From an uncultured Verrucomicrobiae bacterium (GTDB lineage Bacteria; Verrucomicrobiota; Verrucomicrobiia; Chthoniobacterales; UBA10450), in NCBI GenBank assembly GCA_963801815.1, contig CAWDGJ010000003.1:128001-192000 (forward strand): a stretch of DNA of 64,000 nucleotides, in the 5' to 3' direction. Both the position numbers and the translations under genes were made by a program. The notes under the pieces were generated by a model that was given only the letters and a program-made list of their open reading frames with translations, did no database searches and had not been told where the DNA came from. Below, in pieces: positions 56,080 through 64,000 of this stretch. Within the stretch, counting starts at the first letter, position 1. Each line of letters starts with the position of its first letter.

Positions 56080-58560
56080 ATGCTGAGCGAGATCAAAGTG
56101 GCGCTACGGGGTCTGGCAAAGAGTCCCGGGTTCACGATCATCGCGATTGCAACGCTGGCGTTGGCGATTGGTGCGAATAGCGCCGTCTTCAGTCTTATCA
56201 ACGCGCTCCTGGTCCGGCCGTTGCCGTATCAGGAACCATCCCGAATCGCCTTAATCTGGGAACAATTCAAGACTCAGGGACTCGAGCGCATTCCCTGTTC
56301 GCCGCCGGAATATCTCGACCTGAAAAAAGAATTCCAAAGCGGCACCGGCCTCGCGGCGTTCAATTATCAAACATTCAATCTCGGCGGCGGCGATGTGCCA
56401 GAGCGGATTTCCGGCGCGGAGGTGACGCCGTCATTGTTTCCGCTGCTCGGAGTCGAGCCAATCAAGGGACGCACGTTTGCGCAAGAGGAGCAAGGCGAAG
56501 GCCACGACGACCTCATCGTGATCAGCCAGCGGCTTTGGGAACGCCGCTTCAATTCGGACCCGACGCTCATCGGCAAAACGCTGCTTCTGAATGGTCGCAC
56601 TTACACCGTGATCGGAATCATGCCGGCGAAGTTTGAATTTCCGATTCCGCTTTTTGGAATTCAGGGCAATCAATTCGCCGAGCGCGTCGACATTTGGAAA
56701 CCGACCGCGTTCACACCGCTCGAGCTGAAGGAACGCGGCAATCGCAGTTACGCAATGATCACGCGCTTGCGTCCTGGCGTGTCGCTCGCAACCGCGCAAG
56801 CAGAGCTCGACAAGATCATCGCAAATTGGATCCAAACTTATTCCGACAATTACCGGGGCGGCGGTTTCGGCGCGAAGATTTATCCACTGCAAGATCAGGT
56901 AGTGGGCCAGATGCGCGCTGGTCTCGGGATTTTACTGGGCGCGGTCGCGTTCGTGTTGCTGATCGCATGTGCAAACCTGGCGACCATGTTGCTGGCGCGG
57001 GCGAGCGCGCGTGAACGTGAGCTGGCGATTCGGGTCGCCCTTGGCGCCGGCCGCTGGCGATTGCTGCGGCAAATGTTGACCGAGAGCGTTCTTCTCGCGC
57101 TGGCCGGCGCAGCATTGGGAATTTTCCTTTCGATTTGGGGGCTCGAACTGCTGAAGCAAATCGGCGCCCGCACGATTCCGCGGCTCGCGGAAGTGAATAT
57201 CGACTTTGTTGTGCTGATCGTGACCGCGATTGTGGCGGTTGGGACGGGGATTTTGTTTGGATTGATTCCGGCGTTCGCGACCGCAAAGCCGGAACTGACT
57301 GAAGCGCTAAAAGAAGGCGGACGATCCTCGACGCCTGGTGCGCGCCGCAATCAGGTTCGCAATTCACTGGTAGTCGCGGAAATCGCGCTTGCCCTAGTAT
57401 TACTGGTTGGTGCGGGGCTCTTGCTCAAGAGTTATGCGCGAGTCCAAAACATCGATCCGGGATTCGACCGCACGAATGTGCTGACGGCGGAGATCGATCT
57501 TCCCACACCGAAATATCCGCAGCGCGGCGCGGACAATTACAACCATGGTGCCGCGATGGTGAATTTTTGGAACGAAGCGTTGCGTCGGGTCCGCCAATTA
57601 CCAGGAGTTAAAGCTGCCGCGGCGACTGTCGTTCTTCCCTTAAGTGGATCGAATACGGATTCGTCGTTTGCGATCGAAGGGCGGGCGACAGATGGGAAAC
57701 AGCCGACCCCGGACGAGGAACTTCGCGCGATCACGCCGGATTACTTCCAAGTCCTGAGGACGCCGCTGTTGCGCGGGCGGTTCTTTACAGATGCGGACAA
57801 CGCCGACGCCCCCGGCGTAGCAATCGTTAACGACGCGCTCGCGAAAAAATATTGGCCAAATGAGGACGCGCTCGGAAAACGCATCACATTCAGCGATCCG
57901 CGGAAACCGGATCCGAAATGGATAACGATTGTCGGAATTGTCCGGAGCATTCGTCACCGAGGACTCGATGTTGATCCCGCCCCGGAATATTATCTTCCTT
58001 ACTCCCTGGACACAGAACGGAGCATGGTGCTCGCTGTCCGAAGCACGCAAGATCCGCGCAGTCTCGCGTCCGCGATTCGTCGCGAGATCCAATCGATCGA
58101 TCCGGATCAACCGCTGGCGAATATTCGTACGCTCGAGAATGTCACTGCCGATTCAGTCGCACCGCGCCGAATGTCGATGGCATTGCTCGCCGCGTTTGCC
58201 GGAATCGCGTTACTGCTCGCAGGCGTCGGAATTTATGGCGTGATTTCGTATCTGGTCGTGCAACGCACGCATGAAATCGGCGTGCGGATGGCGCTCGGTG
58301 CCCAACGCCACGACGTTTTGGGTTTGGTCGTCGGACACGCCGCGAAGCTGGTTGGCATCGGCTGCGTGATTGGTTTGGTCCTCGCCTTCATGTCGACCAG
58401 AACACTGTCGGCGTTGCTCTACAACGTCGGCGCGTTCGATGCCGCGACATTCATTTTAGTTACGATCGCGCTGACGACGGTCGCATTGCTTGCCAGTTAC
58501 ATTCCCGCTCTCCGCGCAACCCGCGCCGATCCCATGATCGCGCTTAGCCACAACGCCTAA
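56080..58560 (+). CDS. Duplicated MacB/FtsX-type ABC permease (ADOP-like)
   Basis: KSPGFT..LALAIGAN, LLIACANLA, RELAIR.ALGA.R, GIYGV, EIGVRMALGA, PALRA...DP. Confidence 0.92.
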   Translation: MLSEIKVALRGLAKSPGFTIIAIATLALAIGANSAVFSLINALLVRPLPYQEPSRIALIWEQFKTQGLERIPCSPPEYLDLKKEFQSGTGLAAFNYQTFNLGGGDVPERISGAEVTPSLFPLLGVEPIKGRTFAQEEQGEGHDDLIVISQRLWERRFNSDPTLIGKTLLLNGRTYTVIGIMPAKFEFPIPLFGIQGNQFAERVDIWKPTAFTPLELKERGNRSYAMITRLRPGVSLATAQAELDKIIANWIQTYSDNYRGGGFGAKIYPLQDQVVGQMRAGLGILLGAVAFVLLIACANLATMLLARASARERELAIRVALGAGRWRLLRQMLTESVLLALAGAALGIFLSIWGLELLKQIGARTIPRLAEVNIDFVVLIVTAIVAVGTGILFGLIPAFATAKPELTEALKEGGRSSTPGARRNQVRNSLVVAEIALALVLLVGAGLLLKSYARVQNIDPGFDRTNVLTAEIDLPTPKYPQRGADNYNHGAAMVNFWNEALRRVRQLPGVKAAAATVVLPLSGSNTDSSFAIEGRATDGKQPTPDEELRAITPDYFQVLRTPLLRGRFFTDADNADAPGVAIVNDALAKKYWPNEDALGKRITFSDPRKPDPKWITIVGIVRSIRHRGLDVDPAPEYYLPYSLDTERSMVLAVRSTQDPRSLASAIRREIQSIDPDQPLANIRTLENVTADSVAPRRMSMALLAAFAGIALLLAGVGIYGVISYLVVQRTHEIGVRMALGAQRHDVLGLVVGHAAKLVGIGCVIGLVLAFMSTRTLSALLYNVGAFDAATFILVTIALTTVALLASYIPALRATRADPMIALSHNA

Positions 58561-58562
58561 CC

Positions 58563-61151
58563 ATGATTGGTGATTTGAAATTTGCAGTCCGGCAATTGTT
58601 TAAGGCGCCCGCGTTTACCATCGCGGCTGTAACCGTGCTCGCGCTCGGCATCGGTGTGAACACCGCTGTGTTCAGCCTCGTCAACACGCTTTTCTTTGCC
58701 CCACCGGCTTACGCCAAGCCGCATGAAATGGTGCAGGTCTTTTCGCAGGACAAAAAGGATCCAAAAAAGTTTCGCGGTTTTTCTTATCCCACTTATCTCG
58801 ATATTCGCCAGCAAAACACCGTTTTTAGTGACGTGATGGGATTCGACCTTGCCTTCGTCGGGCTCGGCCAGAAAGGCGATACGCGGCGCGCGTTCAGTGC
58901 GGTTGTGACCTCAAACTATTTTTCGGTGCTCGGCGTTCCGCTGGCACGGGGGCGTGCATTTTTGCCGGAGGAGGAAGTGCCCGATCGCAACGCGCCGGTG
59001 GCGATTGTCAGCTACAGGTACTGGCAGAAGCATGACCTCGATCCAGGCGTGCTCGGCTCGCAGTTACTGGTCAACGGCCGCTCGTTCACGATCGTCGGAG
59101 TCACGCCGAAGGGTTTCGTCGGCACCATGCAAATTCTGTCTCCGGAAGTTTGGCTGCCGATGAGCGTCTACGATCAGGTCGCAAACGATTTTGCCTCCGA
59201 CAATAAGACGACGATCGATGATCGAAAGGGAACGCAGGTTCGGATCATGGGCCGGCTGAAACCCGGGATGACGGCGGCCGCTGCCAAGCCTGCCCTCGAA
59301 GGCCTCGCCGCCAATTTGGAAGCAGCCTACCCGGTTGAGCAAAAGGATCAGACGTTCCTAACAGCGCCGGTGTCACGCAATTCGGTAAGTAACAACCCGA
59401 CGGCCGAGAGCGGACTCAAAGCAATCGCACCTTTGCTGCTGGGAATGGCCGTGGTGGTGCTCCTGGTGGCGTGCCTTAACCTAGCTAACATGCTGCTCGC
59501 GCGTGGCGCCGCGCGCCGCAAAGAAGTCGCGATCCGTCTTGCGCTCGGTGGCAGCCGTTGGCGCATCGTCCGCCAACTTCTCACTGAAGGTTTTGTGCTG
59601 GCGATGCTTGGCGGCGTCGGCGGACTCATTCTGGGACTTTGGTCGTCCGATTTACTAGTTGGCTCAATGCGCCACCTGATGCCGTTGGACATCATTTGGC
59701 TGACAGGACCGAATCCGGCAATTTTGGCTGCGACCTTCGGTTTTTGCCTGCTCGGAACGCTTATGTTCGCGCTTGGTCCGGCCTTGAAAATTTCGCGTAG
59801 CGCGGTTGTGGAGGATCTGAAGGAACATGCCGGAGAAGATGTCGTGCGCCGGCGGTGGAAATTCTTGCCGCGCAATCCACTTGTTGTCGCCCAGATCGCA
59901 TTTTCGCTCGCGCTGATTACGGCTGCGGCTTTGTTTATTCGCGGCGCAGGCAAAGCTGCGTCGGTTGATACGGGTTTAAAGCCCGGTGCAAGCTACGTTC
60001 TGGAAGTCGATGCCAGTCTGGCCGGTTATGAGCCAAAGCGCGCGCAGGAACTTTATCGCAACTTGAGGGACAAACTGGCGGCACTGCCGGGAGTCGAGGG
60101 CGCGTCGATCACTGCAGTCGTTCCGTTTGGAATGTTTGAGTTAAGTAGAAAGGTCCAGCGCGCGGGTGTGCATCTTTCTCCAGACGCCAAGCCTGCAACT
60201 GCTGCCGACGGACTTGCCTTCGACGTGCCATGGAACAGCATAAGCGCGGATTATTTTTCAACTGTTGGGTTGCCATTGATTCGCGGTCGCGCTTTCACCG
60301 AAGCCGAGGCAACCCAGCCCGGTCCCAAGGTTGCGATAATTGACGAAGCGCTGGCCAAGAAACTTTGGCCGGATGGCGATGCGCTTGGCCAACGCATTCA
60401 ATACGCGAATACAAACGCGGCCTCGGCCCAGAATGGCGGAGGCGGGCACGTCGGCGGGAGCGCCGATTTAAATGAAACGGAGAAAAACGAGGAAACGATC
60501 GAGATTGTCGGCATCGTGCCGGCGACGCGCCACGCCCTGTTCGAAAAAGAGTTGTCCGGCGGCATTTACCTGCCGTTTGCCCGCGGATTCCAAAGCGACG
60601 TTTCCTTTTTCGTCCGGTTTCATTCGCTTGCGCCCGGAACCGAAGCGGCCACGGCCAACGTGTTACGTCGTACCGTGCAGGATGTCGACCCATCACTCCC
60701 AATCCTGGCCTTGCGAACATTCGCTCAGCATCTCGATGCGAATCTGGATCTGTGGCTTGTTCGAGCCGGCGCGGCCTTGTTCTCGATCTTTGGCGCGCTC
60801 GCTCTGGGGCTTGCTGTAGTTGGCCTTTACGGCGTTAAAGCTTATTCGGTAGCACGGCGGACCCGCGAAATCGGTATTCGAATGGCGCTGGGCGCGCAGG
60901 CGGGAGCCGTGTTGCGCATGATCATGCGAGAGGGCTCGATCATGTTGATCAGTGGAGTTGCGATCGGCTTTTTGCTCGCGATAGCGACGGCAAAAGTTCT
61001 GAGCGGAATTCTCTACGAAGTTAGCGCACTTGATCCGGTCGCGTTCACGGTTGCGCCACTCGTGCTCACGGCGGCAGCTCTTATTGCCACCTGGTTGCCG
61101 GCGCGACGCGCGACCCAGATTAATCCAATCCAGGCATTACGGACGGAATAG
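58563..61151 (+). CDS. Duplicated MacB/FtsX-type ABC permease (ADOP-like)
   Basis: Same motif set; ends PARRATQINPIQALRTE. Confidence 0.92.
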   Translation: MIGDLKFAVRQLFKAPAFTIAAVTVLALGIGVNTAVFSLVNTLFFAPPAYAKPHEMVQVFSQDKKDPKKFRGFSYPTYLDIRQQNTVFSDVMGFDLAFVGLGQKGDTRRAFSAVVTSNYFSVLGVPLARGRAFLPEEEVPDRNAPVAIVSYRYWQKHDLDPGVLGSQLLVNGRSFTIVGVTPKGFVGTMQILSPEVWLPMSVYDQVANDFASDNKTTIDDRKGTQVRIMGRLKPGMTAAAAKPALEGLAANLEAAYPVEQKDQTFLTAPVSRNSVSNNPTAESGLKAIAPLLLGMAVVVLLVACLNLANMLLARGAARRKEVAIRLALGGSRWRIVRQLLTEGFVLAMLGGVGGLILGLWSSDLLVGSMRHLMPLDIIWLTGPNPAILAATFGFCLLGTLMFALGPALKISRSAVVEDLKEHAGEDVVRRRWKFLPRNPLVVAQIAFSLALITAAALFIRGAGKAASVDTGLKPGASYVLEVDASLAGYEPKRAQELYRNLRDKLAALPGVEGASITAVVPFGMFELSRKVQRAGVHLSPDAKPATAADGLAFDVPWNSISADYFSTVGLPLIRGRAFTEAEATQPGPKVAIIDEALAKKLWPDGDALGQRIQYANTNAASAQNGGGGHVGGSADLNETEKNEETIEIVGIVPATRHALFEKELSGGIYLPFARGFQSDVSFFVRFHSLAPGTEAATANVLRRTVQDVDPSLPILALRTFAQHLDANLDLWLVRAGAALFSIFGALALGLAVVGLYGVKAYSVARRTREIGIRMALGAQAGAVLRMIMREGSIMLISGVAIGFLLAIATAKVLSGILYEVSALDPVAFTVAPLVLTAAALIATWLPARRATQINPIQALRTE

Positions 61152-61156
61152 TTGTT

Positions 61157-61834
61157 ATGATTCGACTCAAAAATCTCGAACGCAGTTACCCGCTCGCACA
61201 TGGAAAGTTCTTTTACGTCCTGCGGGACATCGACATCGAAATCGCCGAGGGCGAGTTCGTTTCGGTGATGGGGCCTTCCGGCGCCGGCAAATCGACCCTG
61301 CTCCACATCCTTGGAATGCACGATCACGGTTGGACCGGCGAATATTCCTTCAACGATACCGCCGTTCATCATTTGAAAGCAAAAGAACGGGCGACTCTTC
61401 GTAACGAGAACATAGGTTTCGTTTTCCAGCAGTACCATTTGCTCGATGATTTGACGGTTTACGAAAATCTCGAGATCCCGCTTTCGTATCGAAAAGTCGG
61501 AAAGCACGAACGCTCCGCGATTGTTGCTGACGCGCTCGATCGTTTTCAAATTGTCGCCAAGAAAGATCTCTTTCCGCGCCAGCTTTCTGGCGGCCAGCAA
61601 CAACTCGTTGGCGTCGCGCGCGCGATCATCGCCAATCCGAAACTGATTCTGGCGGATGAGCCGACTGGAAACCTTCATTCCAGCCAGGGCGAAGAGATTA
61701 TGCAGCTGTTTCAAAAACTTAACGCTGAGGGCACGACCATCATTCAGGTCACGCACTCGGAAAAAAATGCAGGATACGGGAACCGCGTCATCCAACTGCG
61801 GGACGGTTGGGTGGTCGAGGGCAACAAGAAGTAG
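61157..61834 (+). CDS. ABC transporter ATP-binding protein (MacB/LolD type)
   Basis: [27 protein letters not shown]. Confidence 0.94.
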   Translation: MIRLKNLERSYPLAHGKFFYVLRDIDIEIAEGEFVSVMGPSGAGKSTLLHILGMHDHGWTGEYSFNDTAVHHLKAKERATLRNENIGFVFQQYHLLDDLTVYENLEIPLSYRKVGKHERSAIVADALDRFQIVAKKDLFPRQLSGGQQQLVGVARAIIANPKLILADEPTGNLHSSQGEEIMQLFQKLNAEGTTIIQVTHSEKNAGYGNRVIQLRDGWVVEGNKK

Positions 61835-61840
61835 GTTATT

Positions 61841-64000
61841 ATGATACTCGATTCGTTTCGTCAGGATGTGCGCGTAGGACTGCGCATGCTGTTCAAAGAG
61901 AAATCGTTTTGTTTTCTGGCGACGCTTGTGCTTGCGCTGGGCATCGGCGGCGCGACCACGCAATTCACCGTGGTCAATGCGATCGTTCTGCGCGGCTTCT
62001 CGTTTCCACACCCCGAGCAGCTCGTCAGCGTGGGATTGATCGATCCCAAAGCGACGGCCCAAAACAATAACTTCGGAAACGGGCAGATTCCGGCAGCGCA
62101 GGACTACGAAGATCTCAAGGCGGCGCAGAAATCATTCTCGATGATGGCCGGCTACCTTTCCGGATCGACGATCAACATCAGTTACAAGAATAACCCGCAG
62201 CGTTACACCGGCGGCTATGTGACCGAGGATTTTTTCAAAATCGTTGGCGTATCACCGGTTTTAGGTCGCGACTTCACTGCCGAAGACAATAAGCCCGGCG
62301 CGGAGAAAACAGTCATTCTGGGTGACGAAATCTGGCGGCGCGATTTCAATGCCGACCCGAACATCATCGGACAAGGGGTTCGGGTTAATGGCAAGGCTGC
62401 AACCATCGTTGGAGTCATGCCGGCAGGCTTCAAGTTCCCGTTCTCGGAGGAGCTGTGGACCCCTTTATATAATGAGTTTCCCGTGACGCCGCGGGGCGAC
62501 TTGCGGCTTGGGGCGAACAATAACGCTCCTGCAGTTATTGGGCGGCTCAAACCAGATGTCACACTTGATCAAGTAAATGCGGAGTTTGTCGGGCTCGCGC
62601 GTCATTTGGCGGAGGACAATCCCAAGACGAATCAAAATTTCACGTCGGCCAGCGTTCAACCATTGCTCAATGCATTCACCGGCGTGCAGTTACGGCAAAC
62701 CGTTTGGGCGATGCTGGTCGCGGTCATCCTCGTGTTGCTGATCGCCTGCGTAAACGTGATGAATATGCAATTCGGTCGCGCGGCCCTGCGCGCCAAGGAA
62801 CTGGCGATTCGCGGAGCGCTTGGAGCGACCCGCTGGCGGCTGGTTAGGCAAATGTTGACCGAAAGTCTGGTCGTCGCCGTGTTTGGCACGGTAGCGGGTA
62901 TCGTTCTGGCCAACTGGTCAGTCGATATGCTGGCTCGAGCCGTTAGTGCCGCGCCGTTCCCTCCGCCTTATTGGTGGCATTTCACGATCGATGGTCGCGT
63001 GCTGGCGTTCACCCTGATTATAACGCTGGTGGCCACCATCGCTTCGGGTCTGGTGCCCGCATTTCTCAGCGCCAGAGCAAATGCGGCCGAGATCATGAAA
63101 GAGGGCGGCCGCGGCAATAGCAATCGGTTGGTCAATGTCATCACGCGCATCCTTGTGGTCGGTCAGATCGCGTTGACCGCCGCTCTTTTGATTGCCGCTA
63201 CATTGCAAATCAAATCGATCCGAAATCAGACTAAACTCGATTACGGCTACGACGAAAATGCGGTCTACGCCGCGCGGATGGCTTTGATGGAGGGAGCCTA
63301 CCCGACTCAGGACGCGCGCAGCGAGTTTTTCAGAAAGACGCTTCGCTCTTTGCGCGGCGGCTCGCAATTCGACTCCGTGTCACTCACCAGTCGCTTTCGG
63401 ATGACGTTTTCCGCTTCCGGGCAGTACGAGGTGGATGGGAAAAGTTATCTGACCGATCGCGATCGCCCGACGACAAATTTTGAGTACATCTCGGACAATT
63501 ACTTCACCACTCTCGGCCTGAAAATCTTGGAGGGCCGCGATTTCACCCTGGATGATTCCGATTCCAAACAGCCGCTGGCGATCGTGAATGCGAGCTTCGC
63601 CCGGAAGTATTGGGGGAATCAAAGCCCGTTGGGTCATCAGGTCCGCATTTTCAACCCGGGCCGGCCGGAGCCCTGGCGCACGATCGTTGGAGTCGTCCCC
63701 GATACGTTGATGCAGGGACCGTTCGATCAACAAACCGATAACGCCGGGTTCTACATGCCGCTTCTCGGTAGCAATTTACCAAATCAATTCTGCACCATTC
63801 TTGTTCGGCCGCGTTCTGGCGAGCGTGCGGAGACGCTCGGACCCGGGTTGAGCCGAGCAGTCGCGCAACTCGATCCGGATCTTCCAATTTATTTTCCAGG
63901 AACGCCCGCCGCCTTCCATCGCGAAATCCTGTCCGGTAATCGCCTGATCGCAACGCTGTTCACAATTTTTGGAGTTGTCGCGTTCATTCTCTCCGCGGTC
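61841..64000 (+). CDS. Third ADOP-like ABC permease, running off the window end
   Basis: MILDSFRQDVRVGLRMLFKEKSF..LALGIG, LLIACVNV, KELAIRGALGA.R; missing from the ORF track, consistent with no stop inside the window. Confidence 0.9.
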   Translation, partial: MILDSFRQDVRVGLRMLFKEKSFCFLATLVLALGIGGATTQFTVVNAIVLRGFSFPHPEQLVSVGLIDPKATAQNNNFGNGQIPAAQDYEDLKAAQKSFSMMAGYLSGSTINISYKNNPQRYTGGYVTEDFFKIVGVSPVLGRDFTAEDNKPGAEKTVILGDEIWRRDFNADPNIIGQGVRVNGKAATIVGVMPAGFKFPFSEELWTPLYNEFPVTPRGDLRLGANNNAPAVIGRLKPDVTLDQVNAEFVGLARHLAEDNPKTNQNFTSASVQPLLNAFTGVQLRQTVWAMLVAVILVLLIACVNVMNMQFGRAALRAKELAIRGALGATRWRLVRQMLTESLVVAVFGTVAGIVLANWSVDMLARAVSAAPFPPPYWWHFTIDGRVLAFTLIITLVATIASGLVPAFLSARANAAEIMKEGGRGNSNRLVNVITRILVVGQIALTAALLIAATLQIKSIRNQTKLDYGYDENAVYAARMALMEGAYPTQDARSEFFRKTLRSLRGGSQFDSVSLTSRFRMTFSASGQYEVDGKSYLTDRDRPTTNFEYISDNYFTTLGLKILEGRDFTLDDSDSKQPLAIVNASFARKYWGNQSPLGHQVRIFNPGRPEPWRTIVGVVPDTLMQGPFDQQTDNAGFYMPLLGSNLPNQFCTILVRPRSGERAETLGPGLSRAVAQLDPDLPIYFPGTPAAFHREILSGNRLIATLFTIFGVVAFILSAV

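Noticed and set aside
55338..62062. Long antisense ORFs (55338..56201, 61013..62062; likewise 34367..34918 and 28294..29070)
   Set aside because: Shadows of well-supported genes on the opposite strand in GC-rich DNA, without recognisable motifs

Overview
Chromosomal window from a roughly 55-60% GC bacterium. Gene content and style (Verru_Chthon-type pilin cassette, PVC-type hypotheticals) point to a soil verrucomicrobium of the Chthoniobacterales/'Ca. Udaeobacter' type; this is inference. Housekeeping genes include ctaB/cyoE, an SCO protein, rfbA, nuoA, xerD, rpiB, a DnaJ/CbpA protein, pepF, yajQ, comM/yifB, a sigma70 factor, pyk and mutS. Notable content: (1) a type IV pilus locus (four-gene minor pilin cassette, PilB, PilC) with an embedded Myxococcus-like MglA/MglB GTPase module and two uncharacterised partners. 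(2) A sigma54 regulon at 45.6-64 kb with three -24/-12 promoters, IHF-like boxes and shared palindromic enhancer sites, driving a LolA-like protein, a VPS10/BNR hydrolase, an NtrC-type two-component pair and a multi-permease MacAB-type ABC exporter. (3) Three dispersed paralogs of an unannotated ~90-100 aa 'MKP...DxNY...FxxISRDYF..E' membrane-anchored protein, two sitting behind sigma54 promoters. (4) GTAG-type REP/REPIN doublets, one inserted in frame (63 bp, 21 codons) inside mutS. (5) A membrane pseudokinase next to an ATP-grasp ligase/zinc peptidase pair. nuoA and the histidine kinase carry +1 frameshifts, either sequencing errors or pseudogenisation. No rRNA, tRNA, CRISPR array or transposase was seen. 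All family assignments come from motif recognition by eye, not database searches.
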